From: Pseudomonadota bacterium
GTDB lineage: Bacteria; Desulfobacterota; Desulfobulbia; Desulfobulbales; CALZHT01
Reading direction: 5' to 3'
DNA length: 64,000 nt
NCBI GenBank assembly: GCA_018823135.1
Contig: JAHJJF010000097.1
Span: 1,767 to 65,766 of the forward strand
The notes under the pieces were generated by a model, which was given only the letters and a program-made list of their open reading frames with translations, was not told where the DNA came from and ran no database searches. A program made the position numbers and the translations under genes. Each line of letters starts with the position of its first letter. Position 1 is the first letter of the stretch. Below are positions 50,168 through 59,228 of the stretch, piece after piece.

Positions 50168-52291
50168 TTAAAAATGCGCGGCAATCTCTGCCCAGAAACT
50201 TCTGCCTTCCATGGGATAATCATTGGGTACATACGCTCCTTCTGGCACTGCAGGGGCATAGGGGCTGGGGATACGACCGATCTCATCAAAAAGGTTGCGT
50301 ACCGCTAGGGCCATGTCCCAATGCCTGGAGATATTCTTACGCCTTAAAGTCAGGTTGACAAGTTCATAATCTTCGATATCAGACCGTGGATCACCTGCAG
50401 CACGGTGGCGGTCAGCGATCCAGTAAAATTGGCTATCCAGGGACCAGTCTTTCATAAAAGCCCAGTGAGGGTTCAGATAGAATTGCTGGCCCGGCGCATC
50501 CGGCACCAGACTGTCGGTATCTATATATCTCGAACGCTGTCGGGCATAGTTGGCACGCAGCAAGAGGCTGTCCATAATCTCCCAGTCCATCTCAAATTCT
50601 AAGCCCTGCCCATTCTGTTCGCCGTAGTTGGTATACGGCTGCGGCAATGCCCCTGTGAGCTGGATAATATTCTTGGCCTCGTAGGCATAGACACTGGTTA
50701 CAAGGCGCAGGTTTCTGAGGGGCTGGTAGTCCACGGCCAGCTCCAGGGTCTCGATCTCCTCCGGGTCCAGGTCCGGATTACCTGTGACCTGGAGATTATT
50801 TTTGACCCATTGCTCTCCAAAGGCAGGAGCGCGGAAGGCCTGGCCATACATAAGTTTGGTGATCAGATCGTAACGGGTCTCCCAGACCAGGGCAGCCCTG
50901 GGATTGGTAGTTGAACCGAAATCACTGTACTCGTCATAACGGACACCGGCCGTAAGTTCCCAGCCCTTGGCAAAACACCATTCATCCTGGATTACGCCAA
51001 AAAAAAGCCTGCGGTTGGCGTCATTCATGTAAATATGGTCCGGATCCGTGACATGAACCAGGTCTCCGAACTGGTCAGCCCCGGCGGCCGGGCCAAAGTT
51101 TTTATACTGGTCCGGTTCATAATCATAATTCTTCCATCCCGCCACCAGTCGCAATTGGTGGTCGCGGAAGCCTGTGTAGAGGCTGCTCAGTTCGACGCCA
51201 CCATCCTGGCTTTCACTGATCGGATTGCCCTGCATATTAAGAAAGGCCGGCGGCAATTGCTGTAAAAAAGTATCAGCGTGAAAATAGGAATAATAGAGCC
51301 GGCCATAAAGCTGCCAGTCTTGGAGTACCTTATTTTCATAGTTGAGGTCAGCCAGCAGGCTGGTTCTATCAATCTCATTGCCATCAGTGAGGGCCTGCAG
51401 ACTTCCAAGGCCCGCGGCCGTTTCCTGCAGGTTGGAGTAGAGGTTGAGGTTCCAGTTGTCCTTGCGTAGATTGAGATGAGTATCCAGTAATTCGTAAGAG
51501 GTGTCAATGGGGCCAGGTGCATCGGATTTAGTCGGATCGGCCGGAGGCAGGCCAGGGGCTGAGGTATGAACAAAATCTTTGTCAATGATCCGGTCCTTAT
51601 CGCCTGAAGTTTTTTGCCACTCAAGGCCTAAGGCCAGTTTCCAGCCGCCATAGTTTGCGCCATGCTGGAGCCATACATCGCTGGTATCAAAGGAGCCGTA
51701 ACGGGCGCCTGATTTGGTGCCCGCCAACTCCTGACCGTTCTTGATAATGACATTGATCACCCCGGAAAAAGCGTCGGCGCCATGCAGTGCCGAGCCAGGC
51801 CCCCGGATCACTTCCACCCGGGAGATCATGGCCACCGGCATTTTAAAGGCGGAACCCCGGCCGCCCGTATAGTTGCTGGTAAAAGGCACGGAATTAATCA
51901 GCAGCAGGACATGAGGGTTGGAGACTGCATGAATGCCGCGAATAGACCAGATCGACCCCAAAAAAGCGGTGCCTGAAGGCTCCACATGGAGGCCCGGCAC
52001 CGCCTCCAAGACTTGATCGAGTGTGGTAGCCCCCATTTTTTCAATCTGCTCGGAGGTAATGACCGTGGTCACCGATGGTGCAAGTTTGAGAGGTTTTGAG
52101 TTGCCGGTGGCAAGGGTGACTTCAAGTTCAATAAGCTGCTCGATATCCATGGAAAGAAGCTGTTCCATGTTCAGTTGTTGCTCATCTGCAATGGCGGGAC
52201 TGTGAAGGGAAATAATGAGAGTTAATAAGGCAAACGACAGGCGAATAACGTTATACAAATGCATATATTTTTTTACAGAGAAATATCGCAT
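50168..52291 (-). CDS. TonB-dependent outer-membrane receptor
   Basis: It has a signal peptide, a plug region (APSVTTVITSEQIEKMGATTLDQVLEAVPGL and RGPGSALHGADAFSGVINVI), a long beta-barrel and a C-terminal aromatic residue (…AAHF). Confidence 0.88.
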   Translation of the reverse strand: MRYFSVKKYMHLYNVIRLSFALLTLIISLHSPAIADEQQLNMEQLLSMDIEQLIELEVTLATGNSKPLKLAPSVTTVITSEQIEKMGATTLDQVLEAVPGLHVEPSGTAFLGSIWSIRGIHAVSNPHVLLLINSVPFTSNYTGGRGSAFKMPVAMISRVEVIRGPGSALHGADAFSGVINVIIKNGQELAGTKSGARYGSFDTSDVWLQHGANYGGWKLALGLEWQKTSGDKDRIIDKDFVHTSAPGLPPADPTKSDAPGPIDTSYELLDTHLNLRKDNWNLNLYSNLQETAAGLGSLQALTDGNEIDRTSLLADLNYENKVLQDWQLYGRLYYSYFHADTFLQQLPPAFLNMQGNPISESQDGGVELSSLYTGFRDHQLRLVAGWKNYDYEPDQYKNFGPAAGADQFGDLVHVTDPDHIYMNDANRRLFFGVIQDEWCFAKGWELTAGVRYDEYSDFGSTTNPRAALVWETRYDLITKLMYGQAFRAPAFGEQWVKNNLQVTGNPDLDPEEIETLELAVDYQPLRNLRLVTSVYAYEAKNIIQLTGALPQPYTNYGEQNGQGLEFEMDWEIMDSLLLRANYARQRSRYIDTDSLVPDAPGQQFYLNPHWAFMKDWSLDSQFYWIADRHRAAGDPRSDIEDYELVNLTLRRKNISRHWDMALAVRNLFDEIGRIPSPYAPAVPEGAYVPNDYPMEGRSFWAEIAAHF

Positions 52292-52324
52292 AGAACACCA
52301 TCACGAGAATGAAGTAACTTTTTG

Positions 52325-52341
52325 AATTATTACAAATAATT
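52325..52341. promoter_or_regulatory. AT-rich 7-3-7 palindrome in the divergent intergenic region (candidate operator)
   Basis: AATTATT-ACA-AATAATT is a perfect inverted repeat. It lies 34 nt upstream of the minus-strand receptor start and 224 nt upstream of the ferredoxin gene. It resembles Fur-type AT-rich boxes only loosely. Confidence 0.25.
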
Positions 52342-52564
52342 AAACAATAATTTTATACATGTCAATATATCAATTCCTTTGCCTGTAATTATGTGATCAA
52401 ATCAATACGATTCTGCAAATATCAATGGCCAGAGCCGGCTTTTGGGAGGCGCAGCAAAATAATATTTTTTGTTAATCGGAATTGAAACTCAAGAAAAGTG
52501 TTGTATAGTTGACTAGTTTTATTAACAGAATTTTTAATAGCCAACCATCGCGGTTTATTCTTAA

Positions 52565-53323
52565 ATGCAATACGCAATGCTCATAGATTTGAACAGATGT
52601 ATCGGCTGTCATTCCTGTGCCGTGGCCTGCCGGGCAATCTGGCAGGTGCCGGTGCCGCACCAGAGAAGCTGGGTCCATCGACTCGGGCCTGCTGAAACTC
52701 CGTTCGGCCTTGCTTCAACCTATTATCCGGGGCATTGCAACCAATGTGACAAACCTGCCTGTATCCCGGTCTGTCCGGTCACGCCTGTCCCCAAAGAATT
52801 TCGCCATCAGGGGACCGGACTGGCAAAGACAATCCAGGTTTCCGCTACTTGGAAAAACCCATTCAACGGGATTGTCGAGATTGATAAATCAAGATGCATC
52901 GGTTGCGGAGCCTGTGTTAAGGGATGCCCGTATAATGCACGTTTTGTGAATGATGCGAAAAAACCACTCAAAGCTGATAAATGCGATTTCTGCCAGGGGC
53001 GACTGGATCAGGGACTTGAACCATTTTGTGTTGAAACCTGTATCGGCAGCGCCAGGATTTTCGGCGATATCACAGACCCGCAATCAGCAATATCTCAGTA
53101 CATAAAGGATGGCGCCATAAAGCTCGAATCCCCGGATGTCCGAATTGGCCCCAATGTGTTGTATTCCGGAAATAAACGAGACATCTATCTGCTCACCGAA
53201 ACCAGCACTCCAAGCCTGTTGCCCCAAGTCTCCCAACGCCGGATCATTTTAGGGGAACTGGTGAAACCATCATCACAACGATTGAACAAAGCTGTTTCGT
53301 CTGAAAACCGCAAATTATCCTGA
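52565..53323 (+). CDS. Four-cluster [4Fe-4S] ferredoxin of the DmsB/PsrB/NrfC/NapG type
   Basis: The N-terminus is MQYAMLIDLNRCIGCHSCAVAC. Further Cys groups are CNQCDKPACIPVCP, CIGCGACVKGCP and CDFC...FCVETC. There is no Tat signal and no adjacent molybdopterin or membrane subunit. Confidence 0.85.
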   Translation: MQYAMLIDLNRCIGCHSCAVACRAIWQVPVPHQRSWVHRLGPAETPFGLASTYYPGHCNQCDKPACIPVCPVTPVPKEFRHQGTGLAKTIQVSATWKNPFNGIVEIDKSRCIGCGACVKGCPYNARFVNDAKKPLKADKCDFCQGRLDQGLEPFCVETCIGSARIFGDITDPQSAISQYIKDGAIKLESPDVRIGPNVLYSGNKRDIYLLTETSTPSLLPQVSQRRIILGELVKPSSQRLNKAVSSENRKLS

Positions 53324-53588
53324 TTTGTTTTCCTTCTTGATAATCAAATCTGACAGTTCATCCCCCTGCCTAAAGAATAGAATCTTTTTAAGATCAAAGA
53401 AACATTCTTCGTTTTTTTGATTAGCCCTCCTTTATTTTTTCTCCAGCCGCACCACAAAGTTGATGCGACAATTTGCCACATTTTCAGCCTTATTAAGAAA
53501 TGTTATCTTCCCGTCCAACTACCACATCGTGGCAGTCTGCTGTTTGCTTCAATAAATAACGTAATTTCAGGAAGAAGGGGAGGGGGTT

Positions 53589-55721
53589 TTGAAAAAGAGC
53601 ATATTACTCGCAACTGCAGTTGTTCTTGCCATGCAATCAAATGCCGGTGCTGAAGAAGTGAAAAAAGAACTTGACGAGGTAAGTGTCACCGCAACCAGAA
53701 TCGAAAGAAAGACTGCCGAAGTCCCGGCGTCAATTGCAGTGATTTCCGAAGAGCAGATTAACGATACCAAGATGTTCAATGTTAAGGAAGCCCTCACCGG
53801 CACTCCTGGAGTGTTAATCGAGACGACCAATCAGGGATATGACTCGCGACTGATTATTCGCGGCGCTGGTCTTAAAGCTGCTTATGGAGTTCGCGAGATC
53901 ATGGTGCTCCGCGATGGAGTTCCGGTGACCGACCCGGATGGCATGACCCGCCTTGATATGGTCGACACGCAGAACATCGAGCGCATCGAAGTGGTTAAGG
54001 GGCCGAACTCAACATTGTGGGGCGCCAATGCATCCGGAGGAGTCATAAACATCATCACAAAAAATCCGCTGGAAAGAAAAGGCGGCACCATAAAACTCGG
54101 AGCAGGAGATTTCGATACTTATAATCTGCATGCTTCCTATACCGATGACATATCGGAAAAACTCTATTACAGCGCCAGTCTTTCCAGGCGAGAGACCAGT
54201 AACTCATGGCGACGCTGGAATGAATTCGAAACCACCCAGTTGAGCGTCCAACCGTATGTGGTTCTGGATGACGGGTCAACCTGGGAGAATAATATCAGCT
54301 ACTCCAAGGCTGATCTGCAGTTGTCCGGATCCCTTGACGAAGCCATGTTCCAAGAATACCTGCAAACCGGAGAAGCTAATCAAACAACAGGACAGTGGCA
54401 GTATTCGGGGCGCTATTCCGATTCGTATTTTGTAAGTTCGAAAGTCACCAAGGAATTGGGAGATTTGGAATTTATCCCTCTCGTCTATGTCAATTACTGG
54501 GAACACCATCACCCGGTAACCGGCAGGATCAACGATGCCGAAACCTGGACCATGGGAACTGATTTCCAGTTCAATTACAAGCATAAGGTTGCTAGCGAAG
54601 CAGCCACAATGACTGTTGGTATTACGGTCAGATTTGATGACCAGAAAACCGAGTACTATAAATATGCTGACATTGCATTAGGGGTAGATCCTCCGGGTCC
54701 AAGTCCGGCCCCGATAGATCATGTATTGTCTGATGCTGTGGGAGATCATATGGAAACACAGACCCGGGAAGCGCTTCTTTACGGGCTTTATGTACAGGAA
54801 TCCTTTTCCCCCGTTAAAAAAACCGTGGTTGATGTCGGCGCACGAGTTGATGTGATTGATTTCAAAATTATCAGTAATGCGGATTGGGAATACAATTGGG
54901 GAACGAAAAATTATGGTATTCCAAGTGTACCGTATACTGAAACGAATAAGAGCTATACCGCATTCAGCCCGAGAATCGGTGCCAACTACGAGCTGACCGA
55001 GCAATTTCATACTTTCATAAGTGCATCAACCGGGGTCAATACACCCAGTGAGAGCGAAATAAACGACAACCCGAACCTGGAAATGGTGGAAACCCAAAGT
55101 TACGAACTGGGGCTTAAAGGGCGAGGGGGAAATTGGACCTTTGATTCCTCGGTATACTATTCACCAGTAAAAAATGAGGTTGTCAAGGTTGCCCAATCTG
55201 ACCATACCGACTATGTCAATGCCGGAAAAACCCTGAAAAAGGGTTTTGAGTTTGCCGGTTCCTACACTCTTCTTGATAGTCTAAACATAGGTACCAGCTA
55301 TACCTATTCCGACTACACTTTTGAAGAATTTAATGAACCGACTGGTTCTTACGTTTTTCCAATAGGGATGGTCTATCAGGATAATTTCAGAAACGGTAAT
55401 CGATTGCCGTATATACCGGTACATCAATATTCCCTTTTTGCTTCCTACAAGCATCAGACCGGTTTCAAGGCGAAAATTCAATCGCATACCTGGGGTTCCT
55501 ATTACATGGACAATGCCAATACAGAGAAGTACGAAGGGTATGATTTTGTGACCAACCTAATGCTGGGTTACGAAACCTCCAGATACGATTTCAGCGTCAA
55601 TATTGATAACCTTTTTGATGATCAGTATGCCGTTGAGGTAACCAAGGATCTTGCCCTTGTAAAAAGCTACAAGCCTGGTGCACCGAGAACCATCATGGCC
55701 CGTGTGAATCTGAAATTTTAA
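53589..55721 (+). CDS. TonB-dependent outer-membrane receptor
   Basis: A TTG start follows a strong AGGGGAGGGGG Shine-Dalgarno sequence. The signal peptide is LLATAVVLAMQSNAGA. The plug region includes DEVSVTATRIERKTAEVPASIAVISEEQI and VKGPNSTLWGANASGGVINIIT. The C-terminus is NLKF. Confidence 0.9.
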   Translation: MKKSILLATAVVLAMQSNAGAEEVKKELDEVSVTATRIERKTAEVPASIAVISEEQINDTKMFNVKEALTGTPGVLIETTNQGYDSRLIIRGAGLKAAYGVREIMVLRDGVPVTDPDGMTRLDMVDTQNIERIEVVKGPNSTLWGANASGGVINIITKNPLERKGGTIKLGAGDFDTYNLHASYTDDISEKLYYSASLSRRETSNSWRRWNEFETTQLSVQPYVVLDDGSTWENNISYSKADLQLSGSLDEAMFQEYLQTGEANQTTGQWQYSGRYSDSYFVSSKVTKELGDLEFIPLVYVNYWEHHHPVTGRINDAETWTMGTDFQFNYKHKVASEAATMTVGITVRFDDQKTEYYKYADIALGVDPPGPSPAPIDHVLSDAVGDHMETQTREALLYGLYVQESFSPVKKTVVDVGARVDVIDFKIISNADWEYNWGTKNYGIPSVPYTETNKSYTAFSPRIGANYELTEQFHTFISASTGVNTPSESEINDNPNLEMVETQSYELGLKGRGGNWTFDSSVYYSPVKNEVVKVAQSDHTDYVNAGKTLKKGFEFAGSYTLLDSLNIGTSYTYSDYTFEEFNEPTGSYVFPIGMVYQDNFRNGNRLPYIPVHQYSLFASYKHQTGFKAKIQSHTWGSYYMDNANTEKYEGYDFVTNLMLGYETSRYDFSVNIDNLFDDQYAVEVTKDLALVKSYKPGAPRTIMARVNLKF

Positions 55722-55727
55722 AGGAAT

Positions 55728-56762
55728 ATGTATATGAAGGCCTTCATTAAAACACTTACGATTGCCTCATTCTTGCTGATTCTACCTCTGGTCTCAATGG
55801 CATCAATCAGCAAGGATGAACTCTGGTTCTCCGCCATGCCCAAAATGACGCATGAATCAGGGCATGACACGAATCGGCCTGCCGGGAAAAAATCCGGCGG
55901 TCGACCCGGGGGAGCTGATACCGGGCATTCCGCTCATGAGTCGGAGCATCGTCCCAAGCCGGAAAGGACTTACTGGCTCAACTCCTGCGGCATAACAGAA
56001 GATGCAAAGGCGTTTCTGCTCAGGCCGGAAGGAGAGGTTCTCCCGGTGCCGATTAAACGAGAGGAACATGAGGTAAGTGTTAAGGTGAAAACCCCTTTTG
56101 GCGAAGGGCCTGCCCACGGCGCAAATAATGTCTATCTGGCAGATCAGTTTGTTGACGGAAAAACCCTCTATGCAAATTCTGCCAAATGGCTGACCATTCA
56201 TCATAATTGCGGCTGGGGCCATGAGCATAAATTCAACAAGAAGCGTTTGCTCCCGCAGTCTTATTCTATAATCCCTCTGGAGATTGTTGTAGATAATCTC
56301 TGGGACTCAAACTTCCATTCCACCGTCATGTCCGGGGACACCATCTCGCTACAGGTACTATCCTTTGGAAAACCTGCTGCGAAAGCAACTGTGACAATTG
56401 AATCCGATCGGGGCTGGAAAAAACAGATCACCACCGATGAGCAGGGCAGGGCAAGTTTTCAGATGGTCAGGGATTATTATCCTGATGCCTGGAATTTGTT
56501 TAATAGAAGTAAACCGGGAAAATTTAAATTGTCCGCCCTTTATTCCGGAAACATACGGGGTGAATATAATGGCCAATCCTATGAAAATGCAAAAATGACC
56601 TCGACATTTACCTGGCGCTATTACCCGGCAAGGAATGAATACGTCTCCTACACTTATGGACTCATCGCAGCCTTTCTTGCTCTGACGTTCAGCGGATTAG
56701 GTGTCTACATCTATCGCGAGAGACGTAAAAAACCGTATAAAGAGATAACGCTCAAAGAATGA
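55728..56762 (+). CDS. His-rich periplasmic protein with a DUF4198/transthyretin-like beta-sandwich and a C-terminal membrane anchor
   Basis: The gene starts 6 nt after the receptor stop. It has a signal peptide and a His-rich stretch, THESGHDTNRPAGKKSGGRPGGADTGHSAHESEHRPKPE (55848-55964). The beta-sandwich-like segment is GDTISLQVLSFGKPAAKATVTIESDRGWKKQITTDEQGRASFQM. The C-terminal TM helix is YGLIAAFLALTFSGLGVYIY. The family assignment is tentative. Confidence 0.55.
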   Translation: MYMKAFIKTLTIASFLLILPLVSMASISKDELWFSAMPKMTHESGHDTNRPAGKKSGGRPGGADTGHSAHESEHRPKPERTYWLNSCGITEDAKAFLLRPEGEVLPVPIKREEHEVSVKVKTPFGEGPAHGANNVYLADQFVDGKTLYANSAKWLTIHHNCGWGHEHKFNKKRLLPQSYSIIPLEIVVDNLWDSNFHSTVMSGDTISLQVLSFGKPAAKATVTIESDRGWKKQITTDEQGRASFQMVRDYYPDAWNLFNRSKPGKFKLSALYSGNIRGEYNGQSYENAKMTSTFTWRYYPARNEYVSYTYGLIAAFLALTFSGLGVYIYRERRKKPYKEITLKE

Positions 56763-56922
56763 CGGATTACTGAAAAATCCGTCTTACCGATTAAGGAGGG
56801 CTAAGTAAAAATTCGATATACAAGGAGTATTGGTGGCACAAAAGCGGAGGCATATGTTTAAGATGTCGAGCATTTTGGGTACCGGTACGACACAGTAGAT
56901 CGGACTCTTTACAACGCCATCA

Positions 56923-57903
56923 ATGAATAAGTTTCGTAAATGGATCAACAATACAGATATCAACCGGTTCCGTTTCTGGTTCCAGTTGGCAAGTTTTATT
57001 CTGCTCATTTATGGAGGATTGCTGGCAATCAATATCGGCGACCGATTGCCGACCTTTGCCTGTGTGTTTGATAATCTTCGGGGCGGCTCCTGCTATCTCA
57101 TGGGATTTCAGCATCAGACCAATATCCCTTTCAAGCAGATTTTCTCAGGCAGAGGCATAGGCCTGTTTATCGGGCTTGCCACCTTTATCGGTTTTTTTCT
57201 GTTATTCAACAAGGCCTGGTGCGGTTTTGCCTGTCCTTTGGGCGCGTTGCAGGACTGGATCACCATGATCCGCAAAAAAATGAACATCCGCTACAGCGTC
57301 TATTCGAAACCGGAATTTGCCAGGCTGAAAACGATCAAATACTTCCTGCTCGCCCTGCTGATTCTGATTCCGCTGGGCATGAGCAATTCGGTCTTCGGTC
57401 TGCCAAAGCTCAGCCATGATTTTGCCATACCGTTCTGCATGATCTGCCCCGGCCGCACGCTTCTGCCGGTTTTTACCGGTGATTTTTCACAACTGGCCAT
57501 TGATTTCAGCTCAAAAACCAAGCTGGTTTTTACGGCGCTGGGCATGGCGATAACCGGATTATTCTTAAGTGGTTCATTTTTCAAGAAACGCTTTTTCTGT
57601 CTTTTCTGCCCGATGAGCGCCTTTCATTACATTTTCCATAAGGCCGCAGTGCTGCGACTGAGCAAGGATGGCGAAAAATGTACGCAATGCGGCAACTGCT
57701 ACCGGGTCTGCGATGTGGGAATCCGCGATATTGCAGAAGACATTGTAAGCAGAAATATTGTCAAGGATGATTGCATGATGTGCTTTAAATGTGTTGCTGC
57801 CTGTCCCGAGGAAAACTGTCTCAGTGTGAACCTTTATGGGATCCCGGTTTACGATTCCACCGCAGAAGGATTTTTTGAACGGATGTCCAGGAGGAATAAA
57901 TGA
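56923..57903 (+). CDS. NapH/NosR-C-terminal-like polytopic membrane protein with two cytoplasmic [4Fe-4S] motifs
   Basis: It has at least 4 TM helices with CX3CP and CX2CP motifs (WCGFACPLG and FFCLFCPMS). Two ferredoxin motifs lie at the C-terminus (CTQCGNCYRVC and CMMCFKCVAACP). Confidence 0.7.
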   Translation: MNKFRKWINNTDINRFRFWFQLASFILLIYGGLLAINIGDRLPTFACVFDNLRGGSCYLMGFQHQTNIPFKQIFSGRGIGLFIGLATFIGFFLLFNKAWCGFACPLGALQDWITMIRKKMNIRYSVYSKPEFARLKTIKYFLLALLILIPLGMSNSVFGLPKLSHDFAIPFCMICPGRTLLPVFTGDFSQLAIDFSSKTKLVFTALGMAITGLFLSGSFFKKRFFCLFCPMSAFHYIFHKAAVLRLSKDGEKCTQCGNCYRVCDVGIRDIAEDIVSRNIVKDDCMMCFKCVAACPEENCLSVNLYGIPVYDSTAEGFFERMSRRNK

Positions 57904-59171
57904 ACACTGACCGTGCAGAACGAGTGAGAAGATCAACCGCGCTTCATATTTCAATGGAAATCGACAGCGTTCTTCAGAAAATCGAAGGCGAGTTTTATGA
58001 TAATCCCGCGGCCATGATCTATTTTTATGATTTTTTCAGAACGTATCTCTCGGAAAAATTCTTTACTCCGTCAATACCGGTTATCGGCACAATGTGCGTC
58101 CAGGTTCCTGATGAAATCATTTATGCACTTGGCGCCAGACCGCAAAGGATTTGTTGCGGCATTTCCACCTGCGAGCAGGTGGGTGCTGAATTCATGCCGT
58201 CGAAAGCCTGCCCGGTTGTCAAAGCCACCACCGGAAACCTTTCGGCAAATAAGGAGATTCTCTCCAGATACTTCAGCGCAATCGTCATTCCCTCTACCTG
58301 CGATCAGAAGCGGAAAAGCGCCGAAACTCTTTCTGCAATGGGTTACAAGGTGATCATGCTTGAAATGCCCCTCACCAGAAACAGTGATATGGCCGTGCAG
58401 TACTGGCATGAATCAATAAAGAAACTGGTCATTGATCTTCAAAAAGTCACTGGCAAGACATTAACCTCTAAAAATCTTCAAGGGGCCATCGGCAAAGTCG
58501 GTCAGGCACAAAAAGTTTTCCGTGAACTTTATGATTTGAGAAAATCCGACCCGCCGGTAATAACCGGCAAGGATGTTTTGATGGTCAACAACGCCTATTT
58601 TCTTGATGATATAGAGAGCTGGACCGATGCGGTATCCACACTGAATTACGAACTGACAAGATGCAAAAAAAAATCCATGCATGTTGGACTTAAAAATGCT
58701 CCAAGGATTCTGCTCACCGGATCACCGCCGATTTTTCCCAACCTCAAAGTTCCTTTGATGCTGGAACAATCAGGCGCAGTAATCGTTGCCGATGAAGTCT
58801 GTTCTTCAACCAGGCTTCTTTACGACACTGTTGCCTATGATGAACCAAAGCTCTATGACATGGTCCCGGCTATTGCCGATCGCTATCTCAAAGCCAGCAC
58901 CTGTCCATGCTTTACACCCAATGATAATCGCCTTCGGAGACTTCTGGAAATGACCAGGGATTTCAGGGTTGACGGCGTTGTCTATCAGGCTTTCTCCGGA
59001 TGCATGCCCTATGAAATGGAACAGAAGAAGATAAACGACATGCTGGCCGCCCACGGCATTCCCATGCTCTATGTTGAAACGGATTACAGCCCCGAGGACC
59101 AGGGGCAGCTTTCAACCAGGATCGAAGCGTTTATCGAATCAATAAAAGCCAGAAACCGCAAAGCATCCTGA
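57900..59171 (+). CDS. Single-subunit 2-hydroxyacyl-CoA dehydratase family protein (double-cubane-cluster-protein-like)
   Basis: The start overlaps the upstream stop (ATGA). The 423-aa protein has an HGD-D-family N-terminal pattern (IPVIGTMCVQVPDEIIYALGARPQRICCG) and multiple conserved-looking Cys residues (STCEQ, KACPV, STCDQ, EVCSS, STCPC and SGCMPYE). No second (beta) dehydratase subunit gene is nearby. Confidence 0.7.
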   Translation: MNTDRAERVRRSTALHISMEIDSVLQKIEGEFYDNPAAMIYFYDFFRTYLSEKFFTPSIPVIGTMCVQVPDEIIYALGARPQRICCGISTCEQVGAEFMPSKACPVVKATTGNLSANKEILSRYFSAIVIPSTCDQKRKSAETLSAMGYKVIMLEMPLTRNSDMAVQYWHESIKKLVIDLQKVTGKTLTSKNLQGAIGKVGQAQKVFRELYDLRKSDPPVITGKDVLMVNNAYFLDDIESWTDAVSTLNYELTRCKKKSMHVGLKNAPRILLTGSPPIFPNLKVPLMLEQSGAVIVADEVCSSTRLLYDTVAYDEPKLYDMVPAIADRYLKASTCPCFTPNDNRLRRLLEMTRDFRVDGVVYQAFSGCMPYEMEQKKINDMLAAHGIPMLYVETDYSPEDQGQLSTRIEAFIESIKARNRKAS

Positions 59172-59228
59172 TAATGACCTGCTCTGCGACAAGGAATGCA
59201 AGGTCTCCGAGCTGCCTGGGATTAGAAG

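Noticed and set aside
53324-53588. A cobalamin or other riboswitch might lie in the 265-nt leader of the plus-strand TonB-dependent receptor.
   Set aside because: I could not find a B12-box-like core or other riboswitch hallmarks by eye. The ORF at 53417-53653 overlaps the receptor start and looks spurious. A covariance-model scan would be needed to be sure.
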